From NCBI GenBank assembly GCA_002104945.1, contig MCFH01000013.1, forward strand, positions 372,001-436,000: DNA of 64,000 bases, in the 5' to 3' direction. Positions 25,713-45,557 of the stretch are shown piece after piece; the stretch's first letter is position 1, and every line of letters starts with the position of its first letter. The notes beneath the pieces are model-generated. The model ran no database searches. It saw only the letters and a program-made list of their open reading frames with translations, and was not told the DNA's origin. The translations under genes were made by a program, and so were the position numbers. This DNA comes from Piromyces finnis finn (taxonomy: Eukaryota; Fungi; Neocallimastigomycota).

Positions 25713-27217
25713 ATGACAGAGCAACCAATACAACATATAGAAGTTAAAAATAAGAGAAGAAGAAGAAAATTAAATAGAAATCGTAAAGAAAATTCTAATG
25801 AGGATTCAGTACAATTATTAGTTAAAGATGAAACACTTGATATACCTTCAATTGAAGGTAATAACTCGCTTTCAAATTTTGATTTAAACCCATTGGTAAA
25901 TATTTATATTCCTAAATTAAAGAGTAAAAGAAATAATAAATTATTAATTTTAGTGATTTATTAATAATATTGTTATTATTTAAATTTCTTAATATATAAT
26001 AATTTATACATTTGCTAAAATAACACAATTAACTTATTTTTAATAGAAAAAAGAAAAAGAATTTATGTTAAAAGTATTTTTTAATCTTTGGACAGTGCTA
26101 TTAGGAGCGATTTTTATTGCAACTTTTGTTATTAGTACATATCATGATAGTAAAATAGATCCATCTAATGTAAAAACTACACTTATTTTATTTTCAATAG
26201 ATGGTTTTAGAAGAGAATATTTGGATCGTAAAAAAACACCAACCTTGGCTACTATTGCCGAGTATGGTGTTTCTGCAGAATATATGATTTCTCAGTTTCC
26301 AACTGAAACATTCCCTAATCATTATTCCATTATTACAGGACTTTTTCCAGAATCCCATGGCATTGTATCTAATGTTTTTTATGATCCGAAATTGAATGCT
26401 ACCTTTGATTATACTGATCCTAATTGTGCTAAGGATCCTGATGGTAAATGGTTCAAAGGAGAACCAGTATGTAGAAATATTTCTAAATTTTAAATATACA
26501 TATAAATACAATAAAGTATTAAGTATTAAATTTATTTTCATAAATTGTTTAATGTTAATTTTTATTAGTTATGGGTAACCGCAAATAAAAATGGCCATAA
26601 AACTGCTAGTCTTATGTGGTAAATTACATAAAATTAAAAAATTAAAATTTAAAATAATTAAAAATTATAATATAATTAATATTTATAAATGTTATATGTC
26701 ATATATTTTTAAAGGGTTGGATCCGAAACTATGATTAATGGTGAAAAACCAAATTATGTTGTACCATTTGGTGAAATGGATTTAGATGAAAAGGTGGATG
26801 CAATTTTTGAATGGCTTCAATTACCAGCTAAAGATAGACCCTCATTTATTTCTGTTTATATTCCAGATTTAGATACTGTAGGTCATGAAAAAGGGCCTTC
26901 ATCTAATGATATCACCAGAAAATTGGTTGAAATTGATCAAATGTTTGCAAAATTTATATCTAAATTGGAAGATAGTGAATTAATAAATTTCATTGATATT
27001 ATGGTGGTTTGTATTCTTTATCCTTTACTATTATTATTTTTATAATATAATATATATAATAAAATTTTTATCGAAATTATCATATTATCATATTAAATTT
27101 TTTTTTTTTTTTAGGTTAGCGATCATGGTATGTCTGATACTGAACCATCAAAAGCATTATTTATTGATGATTATCTTGATATGAAAAAAGTGGATGTTTT
27201 TGATACTTATCCAAGTA

Positions 27218-27260
<43 letters not shown>

Positions 27261-27960
27261 GTAATACAAAAACAATTAAAATATATTTTTTTATTTACAT
27301 TTTTTTATATAAAATTTAGTGGCAACTATACAACCAAAGAATATATCAGGTAAAAGAAAATTTAATAGATTAACATTTAAATATTAAAATTTATTTATTA
27401 GATATATTATTAACATTTTATTTTTCAAATATATATTAAGATATTAATCTTGTTTATGATAAACTATTAAATGCTAGTAGAGTTGGTAATGAAACTCTCT
27501 ACAAAGTATGGATTACTAATGAAAATGAAGGCAAAAGCGATTATTTAATTCCAGAACGTTATCATTATTCTAGTTTAATTAATGAACGAATTTCACCAAT
27601 TGTTACAGTTCCAAAACCTGTAAGTACTAAAATAATAATATTAGAATAATTAATAATTAACTAAAAATCATATGTTTTTTTTTCATTTTTCGTTAGCCAT
27701 ACACCTGGGTTACTAAAAAGGACTTTAATAAAGAAACCTTCCCGAGAGGTGTTCATGGTTATGAAAATACAATAGATGATATGAAAGCAATTTTTTTAGC
27801 CAGAGGACCATCCTTTCAAAAGAAAGTAAATTTTACTATGGAACCATTTGCTAATACTGAACTTTATGAAGTCATGTGTAGAATCTTAAGAATAAAATCG
27901 GCACCAAACAATTCAACTGAAAGTGGAAGAGCACTTTTTGATAAAGTTTTGAATATATAA
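25713..27960 (+). CDS. NPP1: Type II membrane ectonucleotide pyrophosphatase/phosphodiesterase (NPP1/ENPP family), multi-exon
   Basis: Basic N-terminus, then a TM helix. Motifs LILFSIDGFRREYL, FPTETFPNHYSIITGLFPESHGIVSN (catalytic Thr), YIPDLDTVGHEKGP, DHGM, RGVHGY, FLARGPSF. Confidence 0.9.
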
Positions 27961-29698
27961 AAGTGAATTACTTCTTAAATCAAGATATAATTAATCAAAT
28001 ATTAAGTAAAAATACCAAAGATATAAAAAAAAAATATTTTAAATAAATTAAACAGATAATTAAATATAAATGAAATTAAAAAAAAAAAAAAAAAATTCAA
28101 CATATATATTTTGATAGTCGCATAAGCTATTAAGTTATCACACACACACATACACATATATATATTATTTTTTCAGAATTTAATGTTTATATATTCAATA
28201 ATAATAATAAAAAATTAATCATTTAAAATATATATATATATATATAAATTCATAGATTTAATAGATTTCTTTAAATTTTATTTCATCTTTTTATCATATT
28301 ATTAATATTCTTTATAGAGTAAATAGTAAAATAAAATAAAACATTTAATTAAAGATATATCAGCTTTAATAATAATTGTTGTATCATTTTTTTATATAAT
28401 CATATAAAATAAACTTTTTTGTAAAAATTATATCCATTCTAAAAATATGTCTTTTAACCATCTCCCACAATAATCTTAAAAAGTTTATTTTTATATTTAA
28501 TTTAAAATAATTTTATTATTACAAAGAGGCTCAAATTATTTTTTTCAGTATAATATTGTAGAAATGAATATAAAATATATTTTTGAATCATTAAATTATT
28601 CGTTTTTATTATTTTATAAAGTAATCTCGAAGTAGTTAATATTCAAAAGTATTTTTTAAAGATTCTATGTTCGAAGTAATTTTTATTAAAGTATCCATTT
28701 AAATAATTAAGCTTTTGGCTTTTTTTGTGCAATTAATAAACTTAAATTAATCTCTATATATATTTTTTTGATTCTTTGTGATACTAAAAATAAAAATCTA
28801 ATTATTATTGATTAACTTTTAAAGTTCGAAAATATATATATATATATTATTATTATTATTATTAATTACTACGGATCATTTAAAATTATAGTAAAATATA
28901 GGTTGAGCCATAATAGAAATAACAATAATATTCTATACAATTAATAACGAAGTTATTAAAATTAATAATAGAGTTAATATAATGAAAATTTCCTTTGTTA
29001 TATAATTTTTTATTAATAAATCTTTTCATATTTATTCATCTAATATTAAAAAAGAAAATATATATGTTCTTTCTTTTTTTCTTTTTTTTTTTTTTTTTTA
29101 AATAGATAAAAATTATTTATAGTTATTCAATGAAAAGTTATTTTCAATAGTTATATAATTAAAAAAAAAAAAAAATAGAAAATGTATTATACAATATTAA
29201 TAATAATACTATGATCAACATTACCATTCATTAAATATATATGTTCAATAAAGGTTTTAATATTATAGTTTTTTTTTCTATTATAAACATATTATTCAAT
29301 TTAAGTATTTACAACATTCAATTTCAAATCATTTATATAATTATATAAATCAATCATCAATAAGCAGTACAATATATTTTAATTATATACAACCTATTCA
29401 ACACAATATATATCCATTTTTACAATTTTATTTTTTTTCTTCTTAATTGTTTACAACTTTTTACCATATATTTCAAATATTTAGTTTTTCAACTATATTT
29501 TTTCAATCATCAAGAATTATATTACAATTTTTATTATACATATGTTTTTCTTTCTTTTTTTTTATTCATATTATTATATTGAATTATAGTAACAACAATT
29601 ATTTAATACATATTAAATATTATTAATATTTAAAAAACAGTATTATTTAAACTTTTAAATTTAAGACATAAAAGTATACTACAAGAATATAGAATAAA

Positions 29699-32600
29699 AT
29701 GTTATCATCTAAAAAAAACAGTTTTGAAAAATTAAAAAATGATCCTGATACAATAATGAATATTTATAACCCAACCAATGAATCTAATATACCTTCGTCT
29801 GTTAGTTTTAATAATAAAACAAATATACCATTACCACCTATAAAATCAAAAATTATTATTGAAAGTGAAAAAGAAAATACTACAAAAATAATTGATGCGA
29901 GTACTTTTAAGAATGAACGAAAAAAAAAAGAGGAGGAAAGAAAAAAAGTTATGGAAATATATAAGCAAATATTTGAACAGAGAAATAATAAAAATAAAAA
30001 TAAAAATAATGACTCATTAGAATTGATTGGATTTGAAAAAGACATAGATAGTGATAAGTATAAAACAATACAACATTTTTTTAATGGATCTATTTGTAAA
30101 CATTGTATTAAACATTTAGAAGAATCATATAAACATTGTATAGGAAAGGTTAAGTTTGTCTTTCCATCATTTAATGAAATTAATGAAGAAGAAGATGGAG
30201 AATCAATTGCTGGTACACCAGATGTATATATATATGATGAAGTAAAAAAAACTTCATTATATCGTCCTGATATTCTTAAAAGTAAACAACAGAAAATCAA
30301 AGCAGATCAACAAATTGTTTATGATAAAAAAAACCAACAAATAAAAGAAGGTGGTCAAAGTTTTAGTATAGCAGGAAGATTTCATTTAGATATTACAAGA
30401 AAAGGTGTAGAAGAACCTTTTCCGGGAATACTTTTTCATGATTATGAAAATCAAAAAGATAAAGAAATAGAAAAGTTAAATCGTGTAATAATTAATTTAA
30501 AAGATCGTCTTAAAGATGAAATGGAATATACAAAACAATGTAATAATACTTTAGAAAAAATGAAAAAATCTTGTCTTTTTGTAGATACCTGGAAGAATTT
30601 AGAAGAAGCACGGTTAAAAGATGATGTTCGACAAATCAGAACACAATTAACAGGGTTTATTTCTTATACCTTTAGTCAAGAAAGAGAAAAACATGATGTA
30701 TGTAGAAAATGAAAGAGAAATAATAATATTGTATTAACATAAAATAATACTATATATGTTTTGCAATAAATAATTAAAATAATATATAATATTATAATAT
30801 ATTATATGAAATATAATATGATTTTTAATAAAATATATATACATTATCCGTTATTTTTATTTATTATATATTATATTAATATTATATAATTTTTTATATA
30901 ATTTAAATTATTCGGTAGTTGAGAGCAAAGAATGAAAAATTAAAGTATGAAATGGATTCCAAAGAAAAAGAAATTATTAGAGTAAATGAGAATTACGATA
31001 AAGCACAAAGCCGGTATAATGAATTAACACAAAAATATGTTGAATTATGTAGTTCTGTAAAGGAATTGAAAGTTCAAGCTAAAAAAGGAAGTCAGGAAGT
31101 TCAAGCTCAAAATGAAGTGTTAAATGATTCATTGAAAAAACTATCTACAGAATGTAAAGTAGCACAGGCTCAATTAGCAGAAGAAATAAGGAAATCAAAA
31201 AGTTTAGATTTTGAATTATTAACAATTACCACCCAATATAATAATCAAAATAAAGAAGTAATTCGATTAAAAAATGTTATTCAGGATTATATTAAAAAAA
31301 ATAAAGATATTAATATAAATTATCAAAATTCTTTAAATGAAATTGCACTTTTAAAAAATACAATTGTACAATTAAATACAAAAATTGAACAAACGGAAAC
31401 TCAAATGCTCCAGGAAAGAAAAAAGGCTACAATAGCAGCCTCTGATTTATCAAAGCTTTATGAGGATTGTAAAAAGGAAAAAGAAATTATTCAATTGAGA
31501 ATGGAGGAGTACCTATCTTCACTGGAAAAAGTAACACTAGATTATGGTAAAATAATGACTGATAAATGTCGATTAGAGGACGAAATTACCTATCTAAAAA
31601 CTAAGCATAAAAACATATTATCTTCAAAAATAAAAATAATTGAGGATTTAGAAAAGAAAGAAAGTAATTTACGTGCTAAATTGAATGATTACACAAAAGA
31701 AAATACACATTTAAAAGAAGTAGAAAATGAACTTCGCTATCAATTGGATAAAGGAAATTTATCTATTAATGTATTAAAGTTTGATTTAAATCAGGCTCAA
31801 TCCACTCTAGAAGATATAAAAACAAAATTAAGTGATAAAATATCTAAATTAGTAAACACCAATAATGAATTACAAGAAAATAATAGGATTTTAAATTCCA
31901 AGGTATTAAATATGAGAAAAAAAATTGAGGATGATGAAAAATATATGGAGATTTTAAAGAAGAAAGTGACAGAATTTGAAGAAAAGAACGAAATTAAAAA
32001 TGCAATTTATAACACGCATAAAATAGAAACATATATAGAAGAAAAGATTGCCGAAACAGAAGTGGCAAATATAATGTGTAGCAAAAAAATTGAAAATCTT
32101 AATGAAACAATAGAAGAAAAAGAACAGTGTATACAAAAATCAGAAAAGCATATAATAAAATTAGAGGAAGAATGCCAAAAATTAAAAGAAAAAATAATAG
32201 AAATTAAAGAGACACCTGTTATCACTACTGAGATAAAGAAAGAAATGGAAGAAAAAATTGAGAAACGTGATGATGAAATTCAAATTTTGAAAACTGAAAT
32301 TGAAGAGAAAAATGAAAAGACTAACACTCTTAATATTCAATTTAATAACTATAAGGTGAATATGGAACACGAGGTTGAATTCCAAAAGAATGAAAATGCC
32401 AGACTTCAAAATCGTATTAATGATCTAAATAATGAAGTAGAAGAATCTCATAAAATTCTTGATAAAGTTTATGAGAGTTATGAAAACTCAAAGACGACGA
32501 TGGAGCATCTACTCTTAAATAATGAATTATTAAAAGAAGAATTAATTAACAAACAAAAACAACTATTTAATAAAAATAATGAATTTGAAGCATTTAATAA

Positions 32601-32769
32601 TTCAAACAAATTATTAGAACGTAACTATTATAACTTAATAAAACTTAATAAAAAAGGTCATAAAACTATTTATAATGATTTATTAGCGATAAAAACTCAA
32701 TTAAAACAAGAAGCTAATAGAATTGATAATGTTATTAATAGTTACTCTGTATGTACACCAACAGCATAA
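29699..32769 (+). CDS. Uncharacterised long coiled-coil protein, ~949 aa (2 exons; intron 30698-30918)
   Basis: Two long ORFs joined by a phase-0 GT-AG intron. The second exon is continuous E/K/L-rich heptad-like sequence. No family recognised. Confidence 0.8.
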
Positions 32770-34380
32770 TAAAATATATATCATTATGAAAATAGTTGAA
32801 TATTGAAGAAAATTAAATTAAATATTTTAAAGATTAGAATTTTTTTAAATAATTCATGTTTTCATTAATAATACTATCTATATATTAAAAAATATTATAA
32901 TAAATATTATATGCTTTCTATCATCTTTAATTATAACAGTTTTTTTTTAATATTTTTATAAACTATATAATGATTAACTGTCAATCTTTTATTGCTATTT
33001 AATATAAGCAGATATATATCAAATATTATTCTTTATATCCTGGAAATAGTTTTATAATATTTAAATAAGATATTTAAAGTTTAATTAATTTTTTCTTTTT
33101 TTTATATTTAATTTATAGTATTTAGAAATGAAAAAGGTTAAGAAATATTATTTATTATATCAAATAAACTTTTAAATAATGTCTTTTTATTCATTTTTTT
33201 ATATTGTTGAGACATATCATAATTTGCTTAATGTTTCATAATTAACATTATTAATTATTATTATTAATTAATTAATAATTATAGATAATACATTTTAAAA
33301 AGTTATTTCTTCAAGTATATTATAACTATCTATTATTATATACAAAAAATGTTTTTTTATATAAAAAAACTAGAGAATTTATATATGTATTAAAATACAG
33401 GAAATTGAAGCAAATTAATATGAATAAAAGATGTAAATCTATATGTATAAATATATAGATATAATTTCGTTAATAATTACTTTTTATATATTCATATATA
33501 TCTTTGAGATTCTACAAAATGCATTTATTCATGTTTTATTTTTAGAAAAAAAGCAATATTCACATTTATTCATTTTTAATGATTATATAATTATTAAAAT
33601 GTTCGGTAAATTTAATATTAAATAAAGTTTTAAACTTTTTCTTATTTAAATTAGGTCTATAAATTGTAATACATTTCTTCATATATTATTATAATTAAAT
33701 TAATTAAACATTTATTATTAAATTTTGAGGGTATTTTTTTAAATATTTTTTATAATAAATTTTCCATTTTAAATAAATTTGATTTAATAGTAAATGATGA
33801 ATAAATTAATAAATTAATATAATTAAATAATTATTATACAAATATACAATTATAACTTTAAGGAAATTACTATTTTTTTTTTTTTTTTAAGAAAATAAGA
33901 ATGATTTGATTTTAATTATGGATATATTAATATAGACCTTCATATCACACTTTCATTTACATATCATTTTTTACATTATTCACAATTTATTTATATATAA
34001 CGAATAATTAGAAATTGTCTGGTAAAATTAGTTAATTTAAATATAGATTACAAGTATTTATTCTATTTCTCATATAACAATTTAAATTTTAAATTTTTCG
34101 AGTCATTACTAATTTTTGAATTAAGTTATAATAACAACAGTATTATTAATAAAGATATTACATTTAAAAGTATTTTTTTTAAATTATATCATAATAACAA
34201 GAAAAATTAAATATTAAAATTGATTTTACAATTCATATAAAATAAATTAAAAAATAATTTTTGGATATAGTAACAATTACAAAATAAAATTGAATAAAAT
34301 AAAATAAAATAAAATAAAATAAAATTCTTGGAGTATAGAATATAAAAATTCTAATTAAATAAAAAAAAAAAATTCGAGAA

Positions 34381-37058
34381 ATGTCTATTCAACCAAAAGG
34401 AAGTTTAAAAAAATTTATTATCAACACTAAACAATTAATTGAAATTGTTAAAAATGAAAATAAATTTGGTTATTATGAAGGAATGTTAAATACATTTGAA
34501 TCAACTTTAATGAGAGAATTACATGAAAATGAAGACTATAAAGAAAATTTGGATTCCACTGTAATTAATATTATTGAAATTGTTGATTCTAATATAGGAA
34601 AATTAAAAGGATTTATTAATGGAGAAAAATGTCATTGTACTTCAATTACTCTTTCTCTATTGGAAGATGGTATTGAAATTTTATTCAATGAAGAATTTAA
34701 TAATAACATTGAGATACAAACTCCTGATATATCAGATTCACAAACTTCTATTATTACCATTGAAAAATCAGATGAAGAAGGTTTACGATATTACTAAATT
34801 TAATATATTATAATTACATTAATATTGTGACATATAATGTATTAACTACATTAAATTCAAAATTTTTTATATATTAATAAATTATTAAATCTTTTTATAT
34901 CATTAATGGTAATTATTATTAAACTTGAAAACTTTATAGAATTATATAATTTTTGTAAAATTATTTATAAAATATGAATATATAAGATATTAAGCAATTA
35001 ATAATATTATAAATAGTATTAAAAATACATATTTAAGTTGATAGTGTACCAGCATTAAGAAAGTCAAGCAGTGTATCTTCAATAGGCGGTAAATATAAAA
35101 TTAAAAATAAAAAAAAAGTGTTATTTATGATTAAAAAATAGTATAAAATAACATATATTTGATATATAAATTGTATAAAATCATAATATAGATGTTATGA
35201 ACTCACATCAAAGCAATAAGGTAACTCTTATAAAAAGTCAATAATATTATAAATATTCATAAATAATGCTTTAACATTTTACTATTATAAGAGTGTTATT
35301 ATAAAGGATCTTATTTCACATAATAACTTATTAGAACGTTTTCCTCCATCAGGTAAATCTATAGTTTTATTATTAATAATATCAAAATAATTATTTTTGT
35401 AAATATTAATCGATTATTATTCTAAATAAAAAGGCTCTAAATTAGATGATTATGAGATTATTGAGCCATTAGGTCAGGGTTCATTTGGTTTTGTTAGAAG
35501 AGCTAAAAAAAAGGCCAGTGATGAAGAAGTAAATATTATTAAATTTATACTATCATTTAATATTTAACTAAATAGTAAAAAAATCAATTATTATAATTTT
35601 ATATTTTATATTAAATAAATAATATGGTCCATTTTAATATATATTTATAAATACACATTATATCTAATAAATAATCACCTTTTTTTTTTTTATAAAAAAT
35701 ATCTATATTTGCATTTATATTAATTTGTATTTAAAAGGTTATTATAAAATTTATTGTTAGATCTAACATTTTAAGAAGTAGTTGGATTAGGGATAATAAT
35801 ACTTTAATACCACATGAAATTCATATTTTATTATATTTGTCAAAAATATATCCTTTCGAAGGTATTCAAAATATTCTTGATTATTGGCAAGATGAATTCT
35901 ATTACTATTTTGTTTTAGAGTCAGACCATGACATTGATTTATTTGAATATATCGAAACCTTTGAAATTGATATTCCAACAGCAAGAGAAATATTTTTACA
36001 AGTTGTAAAGATTGTCCATCATCTTCACACTCATGGTATTGTTCATATGGATATTAAAGTAAAAATCAAGTTTTAGAAATGATTATGTTAAAGTTTTATT
36101 TATAAATATGAATTCAAATTAAATAATATTATTAATATTATTATTGCTATTATTAAAAAAAAAAAAAAAAAAAACTATATTTTGGAATAAATAGGATGAG
36201 AATATTATTATTAATAAAGAATCTAGAAAAGTAAAACTAATTGATTTTGGTTCAAGCTCATATTACAATGATGGTACTATCTTTAAACATTTTGTATCTA
36301 GTGGGGACTATTCTGTAAGTCGTTGAATTGAATATTATAAATATTATATAATATTTAAAAATTTTTAATTATGTTAATACATAAAATATATTTTATACCC
36401 TACATTGAATATTAATAAAATAGGCTCCCGAAAGTAAGTTCATAACAGATTACCATATATAGATACCTTTCTTTTTTTTTTTCTAATAATATTAAGAATC
36501 TTAGTCAAATAAATTAATGTATATTTAATGCTTTATATTAAAAAAAGCTTTTACTAACAAATATGAAGGTCCACCACAAGATATTTGGTCATTAGGTGTT
36601 TTATTGTATACTATAATATTTAAACGTGTTCCCTTTGAAGTTAAACCAACTACATTATTACCAAGTAGCATTAGTGCTCCAAAACTTGGTGATGTATATA
36701 AAAATTCAAGTAATAGTATTCAATCTAATACTAAAAAAATAATGATGAATTACAATGAAATTAAATTCCCAGATGACTTTAAAAAAGGTAATAAGTTAAT
36801 TCATAAACACATTATATTTAATGATATAATATTCATTATGATTTTTATATTTTTTGAAAAAAAAATTAATTTATCTAATTATATCTAATTGTAATGTGTT
36901 ATAATATATCTTGTTGTTTTAATATTTGGAACGCAAAAGAAAATCCTAAATTATATGAATTACTTAAATTAATGTTAAATAAAGACTACAAGAAGAGGCC
37001 GAATATCAAGAGTGTTTTAGAACATCCATGGTTAAATCCAAAAGTTGATGATAAATAA
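34381..37058 (+). CDS. PAS-kinase-like Ser/Thr protein kinase (multi-exon; no PAS domain seen)
   Basis: YEIIEPLGQGSFGFV, VIIKFIVRSNIL..SWIRD, IDLFEYIE, GIVHMDIKDENIII, KLIDFGSS, APE, YEGPPQDIWSLGVLLYTIIFKRVPF, VLEHPWL. The IKDEN and KFI..W.D features are typical of PASK/Psk kinases. Exon phases are consistent from the ATG at 34381. Confidence 0.82.
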
Positions 37059-38444
37059 ATATATTTAATAGAAATAAATTTAATTTTTTATAACATCATA
37101 AATATTATTAAAAATATAGTATGTATATTCTTATTTATTATAATAATTCAATCATAAAATTTCTTCTTTTGAATATTATTAAATTTTCATACCAAAAATT
37201 AATGAAAATTTATAATATTATACCTCTATTATCTTTTTTTATTTAACATAATTTTTTTGAGAATTAATTTTATAATTTTATAAACAATAATAAAGCATGA
37301 AAAGTAATTATAAATCTATTTAACAAGAAAAAAAAAGAAATAAAAATATAAAGAATATTAAAATATTTCATAATAATGGAATTTACATTTGTGGGGAAAT
37401 ATAAAATTTAATATTTTTTCTTTTTTTTTTTAACTGTTATTTATTATTATAATTGTATTCAATGGAATGGATTTTTTATTTATTTAATTTATTTAATTTT
37501 AATTTTTATTGTCATTTATTTAGATTAAAATTTGTTATTTTTTTTTTAATCTCTAATACTTCCTTTTATTGTATGTTATTAAAATAAAGTTTATATTTAA
37601 ATATGTTATATAATTAAAAAGTAAAATATTATAAAATTGAAATTAAAGTTTAAAATAAATTAAATCTTTACATTTGTTACTTTAATGTAAACTTTTTTTT
37701 TTTATTAAAATTATTCATTTTTTAAATAAAATGTTTGTTATTCTTTATTAAAATATTTTTTTTTATTTATATATATTTACCACAAAATAAAATGTTAACA
37801 ATAAAGTTGGAATATTATAACTTATTTAATTGAATTTTTTTAAACTTTTTTAATAATTAATAAAAAGCTTTAAAAAGTTTAAAAAAATGGTTTTTAAAAT
37901 TTTTAATATCTTTCATTTTTCTTAATTTTTATTTTTTAAATTTTTATACACCTTTTACTTTTTTATATTTAACATATAAAATAATACATCTATATCATTA
38001 TTCAACTAGCTCATTGTGTGTACATATATATTATAATTAATTTTACCAAATAAAAAAAAAAACGATAAGACAGAGTTAGACTATGGATTATTTAATATTA
38101 TGTATTGTTCCTCTTTAACTTTATTTATTGAGAAATTAAATATATTATAATACTTTTTCATTGTAAGAACTATGCTTTCACAACAATAACAATAACAACA
38201 ACAATAAATAAAACAAATATATAGTTTTTATATTAAAACTAATAGTATCATATTAATGGTTTTTATTTGTAAAGAATAACTGCAAGCACTAAATATATTA
38301 TAAAAATATTAAAAAAATATTGATAATAATAAGACAATTGAATTTTTATAATACAGCCTAGTATTAAATATAATAATATAATAAGCAACGACATTTATTA
38401 TTTATATATATCATAGTTTTTTTTTCAATTTAAAGTAACTTCAA

Positions 38445-43360
<4,916 letters not shown>

Positions 43361-43815
43361 ATATATATATATGTTTTTATTAATCTCCTATATATAACAT
43401 TTTAGAAAAAAAATATTAATAATACTATATTAATATAATTATTTTTCTTTTATATATATTTTATTTTTTGTAATAATTTTTGAAAATTAACCATAATTAA
43501 AAAAAAAAATAATAATAATAATAAATGAATTTATATATAAAAATAATTTTACGAATAAATATTTAAAAAATAATAATTCAAAAAAAAAAAAAAAGTAAAA
43601 ATATAATTCTATAATTCAATATTAACTTTTTTTTTTATTTTAAGCAATCATGAATAAGAAATTTCTTTAATCATTGAACAATATTTAAAAAAGTATTATA
43701 TCAAAAAATATTATTAGTTTTTAAATTGAGATATACTCTTCTATTCTTTTTAAAATTTCTATAATTAATTTCTAACAAAAAAATATATATAGATATAGAT
43801 ATATAAATATATAAA

Positions 43816-45049
43816 ATGAATTTCATAAGAAATGTGAATTTCAAATCACAATTAATAAAAAATAGTAGTTTTAAAACAATTCTATATAACAAAACAAACT
43901 CTTTAATAAATAATAAAATTTCTATAAATAGAGAGAATATAAATTTCAATCTAAGTACAGTATCTAGGAATTATTTTCATAATTTTTTTTTAAAATCTAG
44001 AAATTTTAATAATTCAATAGAGAACAAACTTAATTTATTAAATTTTCGAATAAACTTTGAACAGAATAGATATTTCTCACAACGTCCACTCTATGAAAAT
44101 AATAACAATAATGAACAACAACAATATAAAAATGAAAATGAAGAAGAATATTATAACAATGCTAAATATGCAATTATTGAACTGATTATACACTATATAA
44201 AGTCTTTAATTTTTATATACTTTATTCATGATTGTATATTTGAAATTTCATCTGTATGTAAATTATTTTATCCCATTTAATATATAATGTATTATTTTCT
44301 ATTAAATACTATAAAATATTTACATTTTTAATTTTAAAAAATTGAAATCCCTTAAATAATAATGGCATAAAAAAAATAAAATTTTAAATGTTTTCATTGT
44401 TAACATTAATAATGTATTATTTTTAAAACAATATCTTTTTTTTTTAAGAGTGAAGGACCTTCAATGTTACCAACATTATCAACTTTAGGTGATTATATTT
44501 TTATAGATAAACTGTCTTCAGAAAAAAGCTATCGCAAAGGAAGAGTAGTTATTGCAAAACCTCAAAAACTTTTTTTTCCAAATTATGAGAAAAAAAGAAA
44601 CTATAAAGTATGTAAAAGAATTGTTGGAGAACCTAATGAAATAATTAATGTTCCATTTATTATTGATGATATTATGGATGGACAATTTGTTTCATATATT
44701 CAATACTATAAAGTTCAAGTAACCTATTATTTTTAATAATAAATTTTAATCTACTTAAAAATATTAGAAAATTATTTCTTAATTTTATTTTTTAAATACT
44801 AATAAGGTGCCCGAAGGCCATGTATGGTTACAAGGGGATAATATTTATGATTCTGTTGATTCAAGAGATTACGGACCTGTACCAATAAAAGATATTTGTG
44901 GGATTGTTCGATTAAAGGTATTTAAAAATATATATTTATATAATTTTATATTTAATATTAATTTATTTTCTCATTCATTAATTAATAATTTTTTAAAATA
45001 ATTATTTTTAATTTTTGTAAAGTTATGGCCAAAAATAAAATTTTTATAA
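43816..45049 (+). CDS. IMP1: Inner-membrane signal peptidase, IMP1-like (S26), with long N-terminal extension; 4 exons
   Basis: EGPSMLPT (catalytic Ser), VCKRIVG (catalytic Lys), VPEGHVWLQGDN..DSVDSRDYGPVP, KLWP. Confidence 0.85.
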
Positions 45050-45557
45050 TTCCTTTTAAAAAGCAAAAAACCGACATATTAGTATATGCACAGTACAATT
45101 AAACAACATATTTATACATAAAACTGAATGAAATGGAAAATAAATTTTTATTTTTTTAAAAAAAAAAAATACTTTCCTCATCTTAATATTATTATCTTTT
45201 TAATATGTTTGTTTTTATTATTGTTAATGATACTATTTATTTATTTATTTAAATATATTATTAATACACATATTACTAGTAAAAATAATATTTGATTTGT
45301 TTGTTTTATTTTGTTTCGTTTTTTAGTTATTATTTTAAAATATTAATGATAAAAAATGAAATAGGTTTATTGATAATTTTGTAAATATATTGTTATTGTA
45401 AATATATCTTTTTTTTTTTTTAATTTATACATTATATGATTTTATTAAAAATACAATTTATTATTTGATACATTTTTCTTCTTTTAAAATATAATTAATA
45501 AATAGAATTATTGTTAAGGAAATAAGCTATGTTTACTATATTATTTATGTTAAGAAT

